Origin: the human T2T-CHM13v2.0 reference genome, Homo sapiens
Assembly (NCBI RefSeq): GCF_009914755.1
Contig: NC_060940.1
Reading direction: 5' to 3' (one strand)
Length of the DNA stretch: 64,000 nt
Position numbers and translations under genes: made by a program
In this document: positions 30,344 through 45,726 of the stretch, in pieces
Layout of the letters: the number at the start of each line of letters is the position of its first letter
Position numbering within the stretch: position 1 is the stretch's first letter
Notes under the pieces: model-generated
The model's input: only the letters and a program-made list of their open reading frames with translations
What the model was told of the DNA's origin: nothing
Database searches by the model: none

Positions 30344-30561
30344 TCCCTACATTTCTTCTCTGCACTAACACCTGTACCCTCTCTCCAGGAAAACACCACA
30401 CTTCTCGTCCTGACTTTGAAGATGCTGCTTTCTTTCCATCTTTCTCCCCTACACCTTATTTTCTATTTCAAAATGGCCATGCCTCACCCCATGCTTGGAA
30501 TGTCCTTCCTTTGTTTCTAATCCTCTTTAATTCTTCTTAGCCCAGAGGGCTCAGCTCAAGT

Positions 30562-30626
30562 CTTTTTTTTTTTTTTTTGAGAGTCTTGCCACCACGCCTG
30601 GCTAATTCTTTCTTTCTTTCTCTCTT

Positions 30627-30657
<31 letters not shown>

Positions 30658-30787
30658 CTTTTTGTATTTTAGTAGAGATGGGGTTTCACCATGTTGGCCA
30701 GGATGGTCTCGATCTCCTGACCTCATGATCCACCCACCTCAGCCTCCCAAAGTGCTGGTATTATAGGCCTAAGCCACCACCCAGGCC
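30562..30787 (-). mobile_element. Internally deleted Alu with (CTTT)n in the linker
   Basis: T-tail and 3' tip joined to the linker; left arm intact. Confidence 0.85.
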
Positions 30788-32113
30788 AAGTCTTAGATTT
30801 CCCATGGACCATCTTATAGGTCTACAGATGACATGGCTTTTCATCTCTATACTCCTTCCACCAGTTTTATTACTTCTTGATTTCACATGATCTGGCTGAA
30901 TGAATCACCTATTTTATTTGTGAGAGAATATGAGACGGAGAGAGAGAAAATATGATCAAGAGTATGGCAGAGTGCTGTACACATGATAAAATGAGAGAAG
31001 TGATTCAAAAAAGAATCTGTGAGTCACTGATTCTAATCTATATAGACAAAAAATAAGTCATCAAAAGGGGAAGGGAAATCTCTACATAAGAATTCTAACT
31101 AATAAATGAAACTGACAGAAATAGAAAATTTCCATGTAAAACCAACATGGTAATATTCAATTCGGTAAAGAATCATCACTAGGTACTCAAACCATAATGT
31201 GAAAGAATGTTAGGGAATAGGAATATTCACACAATCGCTTAAGGATCACACAATGAATTATTTATTAATTACAAGGAAAAATTGTGCCTTTGTAAAGGAT
31301 AAAGGTTTTCTGTGAAAACCACCTTGCTTAAGTGATAAAACAGTATAACTGAAGAGGGAACAAACTGACTTCAGAATATACCCCCTGATGTGATGCACAG
31401 AGGAAGACACAACTTTGTCCTTGCAATTCTCCTGCCTAACGTGTCTAATCTGAATATAATCACAAAGAAAGAGTCAGAAATACAAATTTGGAGATATATT
31501 CTACAATACAACTTGCATTCTTCAAAAATGTCACTGTCATGCAGAAAAGGCTGTGGAATATTTTGGATCTTATCAGATGCCTGCTTTTGTGTTTATGAGT
31601 GTTTACCTGGTGTTCATAGGTGTCACAATGCCCACTAGTGATTCTTAAATAATTCAGTAAGAAAGGGAGAGAAAGAGAGAGGGAGAGAGTGCTCAAATAT
31701 GGAAAAACATTATCAATGAATCTTTAAAAAAGTAAGACTCTCTGAGGCTGTGCAAGAGAAAGTGTATGTGTGTTTGTGTGTGTGTGTGTATGAGACAAAG
31801 TTTGGCACTGCACTTGAGAGTGTATGAATGTGAGAGTGTGAGGGAGAGAATAAGAGAATTTGTGAGGGAGTATGAGAAAGACAAAGACTGTGAAGAAGAA
31901 AGGAGGTACAGAGAAGAGAAATTGTTTTGTCTCTAATTAAACTGATAATTCCCACAGGGCAGGAAGCCTTGCTTTGTGGTCCCAGCACAGAAACTGGGGC
32001 GAAGGCTTCAAAGCTGTGTCAGTGCCAGGCTGGGTGCACAGCACCTAATATCTCAGGACCCATTGGTTCTAGAACAGCCCCGAGGTCCACCAGGTCCCTC
32101 TTGCATCACTGAC

Positions 32114-32324
32114 CTGTTCGCATGCAGCCCACAGCCACCAGCCACCACTCAGGAACTCGAGGCAGCATCAAGGCCAGATGGTCTCCCTGTTGTAGGCCAC
32201 AGGTCTGTGTGAAGACGTTGGCTACACGGCGGGTTAGGTCTCCCATCTCTCTGAAGCTCCACTTTACTTCATCCCCTTGGCCATTCACCCACCAAAAAGC
32301 TGGATTTGGACCTCTCTTGCCCTC
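32114..32324 (-). CDS. ACSM1: ACSM1 coding exon (211 nt; [17 protein letters not shown]...[17 protein letters not shown])
   Basis: CAG acceptor, CAG|GTCAGT donor, phase 0 to 1. Confidence 0.96.
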
Positions 32325-32461
32325 CTGGTCAAGACCATATATTATGTGTTATTTTCTGCTTCAAAGAAAAAGGGCACTTAGTAAACTAATCCACAGCCAT
32401 AGTCACGTTCCAATGTGAACACAGCTTAAGGACTGAGATCCCATTTTAAAACATTTATACA

Positions 32462-32773
32462 GCCAGGCGCAGTGGCTCATGCTTGTAATTCCAGTACTTT
32501 AGGAGGTGGAGGCAGGTTGATCATGAGGTCAGGAGTTCGAGACCAGCCTGACCAACATGGTGAAACCCTGTCTCTACTAAAAATTTAAAAATTAGCTGGG
32601 CATGGTGGTGCATGCCTGTAATCTCAGCTATTCAGGAGGCTGAGGTAGGAGAATTGCTTGAACCCAGGAGGCAGAGGTTGCAGTGAGCCAAGATTGCACC
32701 ATTGCACTCCAGCCTGGATGACACAGTGAGACTCCGTCTCAAAAAAAAAAAACAAAAAAAAAAAAAACAAAAA
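32462..32773 (+). mobile_element. AluS
   Basis: Full dimer with A-tail. Confidence 0.95.
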
Positions 32774-33343
32774 ACTTATAGCATCAGGAGAGGTTTAGGG
32801 GTGGAGCGGGACTTCTGGCCTACTGTAGCCACCCTGCCTCAAGCCACATAAGACCATAAACAGCCTTTATGCTTCCTATTGAAGATTTAAAACTCCATTC
32901 CACCACATGCCTGCCTTAATTCCATATGGACTGTGCATTCTTCTCTGTGCCTTAGTTTCTCCTCAATAAAATGCTGACAATAATTATTACCTAGAAAGTA
33001 GCAAAGTTTAAATAAGTTATTTACATAAAGCATGTAAGAGTGCCTGTCACATAGTAAATGCTCAATAAATATTATTATTATCACAATAAAACAAAACAAA
33101 AGAGGCTTACTTAATTGCTAAATTTTTGAAAAAAATTTTTTTAATTAAGTTACTCTTAGAGGTGAGGGCAGTAACAAAGCAGACTAGGAAGCTCCAGGCC
33201 CTTTTTTGCCTCATAGAAACAGCAAGATTCTACCTACAGAAACAACAGATGGACTGAAATAGCTTCATGGGAGGTCTAGAAACCAGCCAAGGATCTGCAG
33301 AAAACCAAACAAATGCCCCCAGTCATGAAAAAGCCATACTCAA

Positions 33344-33860
33344 TTCCCACTTACACAGGCAGGGGAACAACACACACTGGGGCCAGTCTGACGGGTCAGG
33401 GGCCATGGGAGGGAGAGCATTAGGACAAATAGCTAATGCATGCGGGGTTTAAAACCTAGATGACCAGTTGATAGGTGCAGAAAACCACCATGACACGCAT
33501 ATACCTACATAACAAACCTACATGTTCTGCACTTGTATCCCGGAACTTAAAGTAAAATAAAAATAAATAAATAAAAGCTAAATATAGAGCCAGGCGAGGT
33601 GGCACACACCTGTGGTCCCAGCTACTTGGGAGGCTGAGGCAGGAGGATAGCCTGAGCCCAGTTTCAGGCTACAGTGATTGTGCCACTGCATTCCAGCCTG
33701 GGAGACAGAATGAGACCCTGTCTCAAAAAAGAAAAAAAAAAAGTTTAACTATGGAAAGTGATTAACATGTTAATTGGTATGACTGCAGTAGTATATGTAC
33801 AAGAAGACATCATGTTGTACACCTTAAATACGTATGATTAAAAATTTAAAAAGGAAAAAA
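33344..33860 (+). mobile_element. Composite insertion: L1PA 3' end, Alu monomer and old L1 3' fragment within one TSD
   Basis: Perfect 19-bp direct repeat ATGAAAAAGCCATACTCAA at 33325-33343 and 33861-33879. Confidence 0.85.
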
Positions 33861-34722
33861 ATGAAAAAGCCATACTCAAAATGGTAGAAAATTTTGTGAT
33901 TTTTTTTTTTTTTTTTTGGTCACCATTGCCCCCATCTCTTTCTGGTGTGGTGCGGTGCAGTCAAGAGGAAGCCCCCCAACTCCCACCTCTTCTCTCAGGA
34001 CTGAAGGAAAGGAGTGAAACTTGTTTACAATGTTCTGGCTTGTCCAAGGGTTGCGGAGGGACTGGCTTCTGTCTTGCCTGACTTGCAGGTCAGATAGAAA
34101 CCATGGCATAATTTGAATATGATGTTGGGGGTCTCTGAAAGCAGTGGTGGGTAACAGGCTGTGCAAAAACATCAGACCTGCAGGCACGTAGGGGAAAGAG
34201 AAATACAATAAAACATGTAAGACCCTGAAGAGAAGCAAGGAAGAGACTTTTAGGGAAATTAAGAAATTAAAACAGCCATTTATACGGGAAAATTAGCGAG
34301 GTGGGGCGGGATGCACACACAGAGGCCAAGGAAAGATAAATGCTAGAAAAGGCCTGAGAAGGCCTAAAGCCTTCACACTATGAAGATTAGTGAAGGTCTA
34401 CCCCTGCATGCAGCTGCTCTTCAAGACTGAGAGAGGGGGGCTGCTTTTTTCAAATGCCTAACTTTCAACATAAAAACATAAAGCACACAAAGGAGCAGGA
34501 AAACATGGCTCATTCAAGGGAGCAAAATAAATCTCCAGAAACAAACCCTAAATAAACACAGGATTCAGCTACTAGGCAAAGATTTTAAATCAATTGTCTT
34601 AAATATGCTCAAAGAGCTAAAGGAAACCACAGATCCACACCTAAAGGAAATTAGAAAAACTATATATGAACAAAATAACAATACCAACAAAAAGATAGAA
34701 ACTATATATTAAAAAAGAACCC

Positions 34723-35059
<337 letters not shown>

Positions 35060-37917
35060 CTAAATAAACATAGTAACTAAATTGAAAATTCACTAGGGGT
35101 TCAATGGCAGATTCAAATAGGTAGAAGAAAAAATCCATAAACATAGACAGGTCATTTAAAATTACTGAATCTGAGAAGAAAAAGTTAAAAAGAAGGAAGA
35201 AAAATAAACAGAGTTTGAGGGAATTATAGGACACTATCAAGCCAACCAATATACCCATTTTGGGCATTCTAGAAAAAGAAAGAGAAAGAAATGGGCATAG
35301 AGGTTATTGGAAGAAATATTGGCCCCATGATCCCCAAATTTGAGACAATGCATGGTAATACAAATATGAGAAGCTCAATAAACCTCAAGTAGAATAAATC
35401 CAAGGAGGACCAATATCAAGACACATTATAATTAAACTGAAATCAGCAAGAGAAAAGCAACTCATGTACAAGAGATTCTCAATAAGATTATCAGTGGATT
35501 TCTCAGTAGAAACCTTGAGGCCAGAAAGAAGTGGATGATATATTTAAAGGGCTTAAAGAAAAAAAAAGCCAACCAAGAATTTTACATCCAGAAAGATTCT
35601 TCAAAAGTAAAGGGGAAATTAGGGTATTCCCAGATAAACAAAAGTCAAAGTTCACTATCCCTAGACTTGCCCCTACAAGAAATGCTAAAGGAAGTCCTCA
35701 AGGTGAAATAAAAGAATGCTGGAGAGGAACTCAAATATGAAAATGTAAAGTTCTCTTGTAAATATAAATTCATGGACAAATATAAAAATCAATATTATTA
35801 TAAGTTTGGTTTGTAACTCCACTTGTTATTTGTTACAGTATTTAAAAAACAAATCATAAAAATAATTATAAATATATGTTAACTTATTAACATATATTTA
35901 ATATGTTAATATATTATATTATATATTAATATATGTTAACATATATTTACAATATCTATGTTAAATAAATGTTAATTAAGCAATATACAAAAATGTTATT
36001 GATGACATCAATAACATAAAGTGTGGGGAGGGGCTGGCTGGGATAGAACTGTAAAGGGGAAGGATTTTTACATTTAATTTTCATTATTGGCCTTATAATG
36101 TCATGGGAGTAGGGTTTTTGTATGTGATTAAAATTAAGTTGTTATCAGTATTAAATAGATTGCTAGAACTACAAGATATCATATTTAATTCCCATGGTAA
36201 CCACAAGGCAAATATTTATTGAATATACACAAAAGGAAATGAGAAGAAAATCAAAGTGTGTCACTACAAAAACTCAAGTAAACACAAAAGATGTCAGTAA
36301 GAGAGGAAATGAGAGACAGAAAAGCTATAAGACATCAAGAAAACAATTACCAAAATGGCAATAGTAAATCCTTGCCTGTCAGTAGTTACTTTAAATGTAA
36401 GTGGACTAAACTCCCCAGTCAAAAGACATAGATTGGCAGAATGGATAAAAAAAAAATCCAACTACATGCTGTCTGCAAAAATTAAGCTACTTCTATGTGA
36501 TTGAATATGATAAAATCAATGAAAAACTTTTAGAATTGTTTTTATAATAAAATGCTTATAGTTTAATATTAATTTTGAAAAACAAAATTGCATTTATATT
36601 ACTCAAATTTATATAGTAATGTTCACCCATTCACCTCCTCCTTTTACTTCCTTCCTCTCCAACCCATCTTGTTTCAAAAATTCTCAACCAGATTTCCAGT
36701 CTGGGCAATGAAAAAAATGAATTTATACTCTTAAGGCAGAGATATTTTGGCATCATCAGATTGGGAGACTAGGTTAAATAATGGATTGTGAAATCAGACA
36801 GCCTGGACCCAAACCCTGCTCTCCCACTTATTAGACATGTGATTTCAGTATATTCATTAAATCCTTGGAACCTCAGTTTCTTCATTAAGGAAATAGAGAC
36901 AATAACAGTACACATCTAATTAGATGATTAAATGCAAGGTGATTGCCAAGGCACATAACAATGCTCTCTGTAACTGAGGGTTTTATTTTTCTTGAGGTTA
37001 CTATGCAAATTCAGAGAAAAGAAAAAGAAGGTGGTGGGGAGGAAGATGCCATAAAGGCATGTAGGCTTTGGATAGTAATACATGAATACATATTCATGGA
37101 ACACTTAAAAATTATATTAACTCTCCAATTCCATCTCAGGGGGATTCTCTCTTCTGTACAAAGACAGTGCTGGGTGACTTTTTACACTACCATATTGGCA
37201 GCTGGGAGTTAGTGGCTATAAATACCATCCATTGTCTACCTGACTCCTAATGTCACTACTGCTTCTCTCTTGGTCTGTGTCTTGTGAGAAGACAAACCAA
37301 GCACTTGGGGTTTTCTGCAGAAACACATAACCTCTGGAAGACACAGGGCTTGGTTTTTCTTGACATACCTTAAAGCCACAGTCAAGTAGGTAGTTGACAA
37401 GGAGGAATCTAATTAGACTTGCCATCCTCATGGGAAGATGGATGGCCTAACATAGGTAAATGTGTCAGACACTCATGTGCACATTCAGGTGGTCTATCCC
37501 CTCCTCTGCATGCAGTCTCAAGTCAAGCCCAAGTTTGATGACATGAATACCAGTTAAGACACATTGTCCCATTCACTGAAGATGAGAACTCAGACTAATA
37601 CGAATTTGCTGACCTTGTGACTAGAACTTTGCACCTGGTCACAATTATAGTACCCTGATTGAATAAAAGATATATTTACCTATTTTCTTGTTTTTAAAGG
37701 AGTTAATTCCTCATTTCATAGATGAAACCACTGAGGCTCAATGAAGTAAGGAAATGGCCAGGCTGGGAATAGAACCTTGAAATATAAGCTTCTTCCACAA
37801 CACTGATAAGTTGAGGCAGAAGTAACTTTGGTTCCATACCTTTCAGCCTAGTAGGAGCAAGATAAGGAAAGTGAGGCCACCCTTGTTCTTATATCGCCAT
37901 CACGGCAGATCTCTTAC

Positions 37918-38109
37918 CTTCTCCTTTTGAGCCCAGTAGTCCAGTACATAACTTGCAAAGTTAAATTCCTCCGGTACTTCATAGTCATTCCATCTTGGGG
38001 CTCCAAATTCTGATAAAGACCGGCAGCGCAGCTGTGAAGGGGCAGGGTGGATGTTGTGGAAGGATTTGTGGATGCCCCAGAGGGTCCGGAACCTCATTAG
38101 CCACTGCAT
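37918..38109 (-). CDS. ACSM1: ACSM1 first coding exon (192 coding nt; [17 protein letters not shown]...YWAQKEK) including mitochondrial transit peptide; 5'UTR part probably extends to 38160
   Basis: ACCATG start, [11 protein letters not shown] motif, AAG|GTAAGA donor; acceptor AG at 38162-38161 (alternative at 38158-38157). Confidence 0.96.
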
Positions 38110-38671
38110 GGTGAAACAGTCCTCAGAAACCAGGCACAGAGTTCTCAAGTCACCACCTGCCTTGGGAAGAGATGGCTAATAGATTGGCTGTGTATCCAAA
38201 ACTTTCTCCCTAAATTGGGTGCATGTTTTTGGTTAATTGCTACAGTTATAGCTTTGTTTCAGGTCACCAGAATTTGGAAGGCACCCCTGATTGATTTTGG
38301 TGGGGATTTATCTTCCCAGCTGAGGAACCACATGGCAGAAAACGCTGGGGAGGTTATATAGCTACTATTATGGGTTTGGTGCGCGTTCCTAGGGGTCTTC
38401 TCCTTCAACCTGCTAAGATGTCAGCCCAGGATGGAAGCCATATGGTCATCCCTTTTGTGGTAGAGCAACTCGCCTTTTGGAAAGTTCTGTACCTTATAGT
38501 GTCTTTACTTTAGAAACTTCCCTTTCTGCCAAGCCAAATCATGTTGTTGCCATGGAAGCTGTGATATCTTTATATGATCCCATCCCATGACTAAAGTTGA
38601 TTGGTCCAGGGTTGAGCAGTCATTTCTCATGACTTTGTAACCTAAGCTGGGCCAATCATAATACCTCTCCA

Positions 38672-38672
<1 letters not shown>

Positions 38673-38716
<44 letters not shown>
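38673..38716. repeat. (TG)n microsatellite
   Basis: Direct read. Confidence 0.98.
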
Positions 38717-38719
<3 letters not shown>

Positions 38720-39054
38720 CTAAACAGATTTAAATATATCAGGCTGTCTCCCTCTGGTGGAATGCACATTTTGTGTGCTGTTTGTGGTTATGATTCCTAT
38801 CATGTGGAGACAGCCCCCCTACAGGCGAGAATGAAACTGATGTACAGAAACAATGAGATGAGGTGGAGTAAGAATCCTGCAGTCATTCAAGTCCCTGGTT
38901 CAAATTGTTCCTCTGCATGTCTGCCCCTGTCTTGTTAATATTCTCTGGATTCTGTAAGCCAAAAGATTCTCCTTTGCCTGAGACTGGGTTTCTGTCACTT
39001 GAGACTATAAAGATACTGAAAAATATACACCATCATCCTCAGAGCAGATGCTGC

Positions 39055-40115
<1,061 letters not shown>

Positions 40116-40752
40116 CTGCTAATGTCACTGCACTTTCCAATGGACTGGGATGTGGCATTGAGTTCTTCCCTAGAGTAGCATTCAGGACAGCTGATACCAA
40201 TGCATCAGAGTTGACACATAAAATTAAACCTCATTGCCCCTTCAGATCCTGAAATATGCTGCCAACATGACAGCAGGAACCTCCTTTATTAGGATCCTTC
40301 TTGAAGTTTGATTGGAAAAAATGGCTTAAGCTGGATCCTTTCTTTCCATGTAAATGTTGACTGAAGAAAGCTATTTCTCAAACAGCTTTGAGATTGAAGC
40401 ACTTTATCATCATGAACATTTAAGTTCCCTCTTGCTCACTTTCAACAATGATAAAATACCGGCTGACAACAGACCCATATAATAGACAATAGAACTAGTA
40501 ATGGCCAGTGATGCTGGGTCTTTATTTCAACTTGTTGTCAAGTGGCTGGAGCTGAGAATTGTCTGCTTTATTTAAATGAGATGTTCTCCAGTTTGATGCA
40601 GTTCCTACCACTTTATTTTGTCCCTCCTGCCTGCTTCTCCACTTATTGTAGCTGTCCAGCCCCTGTGTATATTTGAGCTTAAAATCTCTAACCTAGGCCA
40701 ACATCCCAGGAGAGGCAGGAATTTCCCCAAAGTCATGATGCAATTTTAATAT

Positions 40753-41341
40753 TGTAAAAAGTAAAATAGAGGTTCCTCTTCAAAGACTTTCCTCCCCATC
40801 TAATTAGGAATAAATAGTAACTTCTCTTAAAAGCAAAATTTATTCAAAGTCCTGTGCTAAGATTCTTAAATATCTGCTAACCGTAATAAAGAAATCAATG
40901 TACTTTATGTTCTTAGCTCCCACAATTTAGCCTAAATATTTGCCCTGGCATTCTTATACTGGTCCAAGCAAGCATTAGGCCATAGCCTGTTCCTCTTGCT
41001 TATTTAAAAGTGTTTTAATCTTTCTCAGCATTTCACGAGTTACTTCCTCTTTCCTTTGTTCTCCTCTACCTTTGCCTCTTTAAAAAAGTTCTAAGTTGCT
41101 AGCCAATCGGGACAAATACAGAATGTGAGGTCCCGTTCCAGCCAGTGGAAACCGGACACAGCAGTAGGGTGGATGCGTCAGGTTATAAATGACCCTGTCT
41201 CCTTTGTTCTATGTACTCTCCTGGCAAAACTGCTGGCAAGTGTACCATTTCTGCAGGAAGTAAAAATGGCCTTGCTGAGTAAATTAAATTTACATTCAAG
41301 TCCTATTTCTTTACGGCACCAAGGAACAAACATTTCAAACA
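40753..41341 (+). mobile_element. Solo LTR, LTR10C-like
   Basis: TG...CA termini, TSD ATAT, CCAAT at 41103, TATAAA at 41184; family by recognition. Confidence 0.8.
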
Positions 41342-41604
41342 ATATTGTAGCCAAGTTGGTTCTAGAAGCCCATCACCTCTGTTACATTTTCCAACACACA
41401 CCTCCTTCCACAGGCATGAGCTTAGTTTGGGTGAGAATATCAAACTCAGTTGCAATTTTTCTATGCAGGTGTCTATATGACCTCAGGGTCTTCCTTAAAA
41501 TACAAACTCACCATTTTTCCTGAAGACAGTCCAAACAACCCCTTACTAAGTGACTAAAGACCAAAACAAAAGGGAGAGATATAGTGAGGGAATCCATTAA
41601 CCAG

Positions 41605-41960
41605 TTATCATGGTTTGAACTGTGTCCCCCATGAATGTATGTGGTGAAGTACGAACCCCAATATTTCAGAACACCACTGTATTTGGAGATTGGGTCTTTA
41701 AAAATGTAATTAAGTTAAAATGAGTTATTAGGGTGGGCCCTAATCCAATATGACTGGTGTCCTTATAAAAAGAGGAGATTAGGACACAGACACACACAGA
41801 GGGAGACCATGTGAATATGAAGATAGCCAAGGAAAAAGACCTCAGAGAAAACCACCCTGATCTTGGACCTCCAGCCTTCAGAACTTTGAGAAAATCAATT
41901 TCTGTTGTTTAAACCACTCAGTCATTAGTAATTTTCATGGCAGCCCTAGCAAACCAATGT
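41605..41960 (+). mobile_element. MaLR LTR (MLT1-type)
   Basis: ttagggtgggccctaatccaatatgactggtgtccttataa and tggcagccctagcaaac motifs. Confidence 0.8.
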
Positions 41961-42459
41961 ACTCCTCTTGATCAAATAAAGAAGAAATGACTTTGGCATC
42001 ATCTCACAAATGTGTTTGTGATTCTAATTTAATCTTCGTCACATGAGAGGGCCAAACACAGTGCCCAGCTGTGGAGAACTGTGGTAGCTGAAACAGCATG
42101 GCCCTAGAGATCAAACAACACGGGCTCAAATTCCAGCACTTTCATTTCCCACCCACATAACTTGGGGCAATTTATTTAACCTCCCTATAAAAACATAGGC
42201 ATATTGGCAGCACCTATTGCCTGAAGCCATGGTGATAAATGCACGATATCCTGCAAAAAGCATTCAGCACGGACAAGTATTTTAGAAATAAGAGCTGTTG
42301 CTAGTTAACACACTTTATAGGGAAGCTCTTATAGAGTAGTTAAGCCAGAGGAAAAAAATTTCCTTAACTTTTGGAGTTAAGGTCTAAAGAGAAGGAATGG
42401 GGATGAATACCTGAACATAGACACCATAGGACTGGTATATGTCCAGCTTTTTCACTGAT

Positions 42460-42625
42460 TATCTGTCTATCTATCTATCTATCTATCTATTACCTATCTA
42501 TTATCTATCTATCATCTATTTATCTATCTATTACCTATCTATTATGTATCTATCGTCTATCTATCTACCTATTACCTATTTTCTATCTATCTATCATCTA
42601 TCTATCTATCTATCTATCTATCTAG
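42460..42625. repeat. (TCTA)n compound microsatellite
   Basis: Direct read. Confidence 0.95.
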
Positions 42626-42840
42626 ATATATAAGAACCTGATCTCCAAGTGTTGAGGACTGAAAATCAGATATCTATATGTCTATGTCTGCGTCTATCTC
42701 TATCTCTGTATGTATGTTAAGCTTCATTTCTAAATCTATTTCTGTATCTATATACCAATATTTACATTTATACCTATATCACTATCTGTGTATATCTATA
42801 CATTAATATTAATGTCTATAACAATAACACATGTACACTG

Positions 42841-43174
42841 TAGTCATGTGCCACAATATGATGTCATTGTCAGTGATGGATCACATATACAGAGTGGCCC
42901 ATACAATTATAATGACATATTTCTACTGTACCTTTTCTATGTTTCAATACACAAGTACTTACCATCGTGTCATGACTGCCTACAGTATTTAATACAGCAA
43001 CAAGCTACATAGGTTTGTAGCCTAGAAGCAATGGGCTATAGCATATCGCCTATATGTGTAGAAGACTATGCTTTGTGGGTTTGTGTAAGTACACTCTATG
43101 AGTTCCCATAATAACAAAATCACCTAACAATGCATTTCTCAGACGTATCTTGGTTGTTAAGTGATGCATGTCTC
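42841..43174 (+). mobile_element. Tigger3a/MER7-like DNA transposon remnant
   Basis: Degenerate terminal inverted repeats (tagtcatgtgccac...gtgatgcatgtct). Confidence 0.6.
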
Positions 43175-44010
43175 TATCTCTATCACTATCTCTGTCTCTA
43201 TCTCTATCTCCGTCTCTGTCTCTGTTTCGATATCTATTTCCATCCACATCTGTCTTCAGATTTGACTTCACAAAGCTTAGTTTGTCTATTTCTCACCGTG
43301 CTGGACATAGTAAGTGCTCAACAAAAAGTTAGATTCTTCCCTTCTTTGTCATAATTCAGAAAACTGAGTGATGAAAGTCAGAAAGAGAAAAGCCAGTGTG
43401 CCCACAAATTATCTGAGTTATAGAAAAATGTATTTTTTCTTTCTCAAGTATTTACTATAGATGTACCATGTACAGTTTTAGATACTATTGGAGATTAATT
43501 AAACTGAAAGAGTTCCTACCCTGTTAGAGCATATCATTAAAGCACATCCTATGAAATCATTTTAAAGAACAATTTTCTGAACTGCTTAAAGTGCATTCTG
43601 AAAGCAATTTGACATGGTAGCTTTGAGAGGCAGCTGGGCTCCCCACTGTATTCCCAGATACATAGTGCCTTGAACAGCTCCTGCAACTAAGCTTTGACTT
43701 CACAGGACTTGGGACTGATAAAGCTATTTAATGAAGCAACATACTTACTGTGTTATAGGGTATCCCAGAGTTACAGAGCCAGGGCTAGATGTTTGTCTCT
43801 GTTGTCTAGCAGCTGGGTCTTTGGTGCTGTTCATGTCTCTGAACTTAAGCGCACAGTAGTAATACCTTCTTCCCAGCTCCCCATAAGGATTAGTGTGATA
43901 ATTTACTTGCTGGCACTGAATGAAGTGCACGGTAAGGACTCAATAAATGTTGAGGTACCTTTTAACTCCCAGCAAATTCTGAAGCCAACCCCCTCCCCAT
44001 TAGATGTTAA

Positions 44011-44190
<180 letters not shown>

Positions 44191-44472
44191 TGAGCCAACT
44201 TCTGCATAGATAGAAAAGATTTCCTTCAAACATTCATCTCTGACTTTGTGCCTGTCTCCCACGGCTCACCACATTCAGAGCTGCCTGACACTAAACCAGT
44301 CCCCATTTACATGCCAGCCACTGTGCTAAACATATTACATGTACGTTCCTATTTATTCCTCTCACCCAATATCACCATTGTCATTTTGCCTCTAAAATGA
44401 AGTGCCAAGAAGTTAAGTGACTTGCCCAAGGTCACTCAACTTAAAAGTAGCATTGCCAGAACTTAAAATTGG

Positions 44473-44475
<3 letters not shown>

Positions 44476-44526
<51 letters not shown>
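44476..44526. repeat. (AC)n microsatellite
   Basis: Direct read. Confidence 0.98.
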
Positions 44527-44528
<2 letters not shown>

Positions 44529-44556
44529 TAGAAGCTGACCTTCACCTCTGTCTTAC

Positions 44557-44601
44557 CTGGTACTGTTTAGGACGTAGCTGAACTAGGTCCCTGGTAGGTA
44601 T
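44557..44601 (-). other. ACSM1: Candidate non-coding first exon of ACSM1 (5' boundary uncertain)
   Basis: Strong donor CAG|GTAAGA at 44557/44556 in a non-repeat island upstream of the first coding exon, which has an acceptor; TSS cannot be read from sequence. Confidence 0.55.
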
Positions 44602-44833
44602 GGAAAAGGAGGTTGAGCTCTCTTTTGTAGGTTCAGTTCTCTCTGATCAGGTGATCCGCAGGATTGTGCACCCAGCAGAACTTGGCTTCTGGCCACAGCG
44701 AAGGGGGACCTTGAACAGAGAACTTGTTAGGAATTGGGTAATTCAGTAGGGGGAGGAGATGCTCAGGTAAAATAGGACAGAAACAATTACAGGCCTCCAC
44801 GGAGAGATAATCACTTAGAAAACAAACCATGTG

Positions 44834-45212
<379 letters not shown>

Positions 45213-45364
45213 TCACTAGTTCTCTGTGGCTAACCTGCTCCCCCTTCCCAGCCCTACATCACCATAGTCTCCCTTAAATGACAGCTGAGAGTCAGTGTAG
45301 CCTAATGGATAAGAGCCTGGGCTCTGGAGGTCTGGAGGCAGAAAGGTCTGAGTTTGAGCCTTAG

Positions 45365-45726
<362 letters not shown>

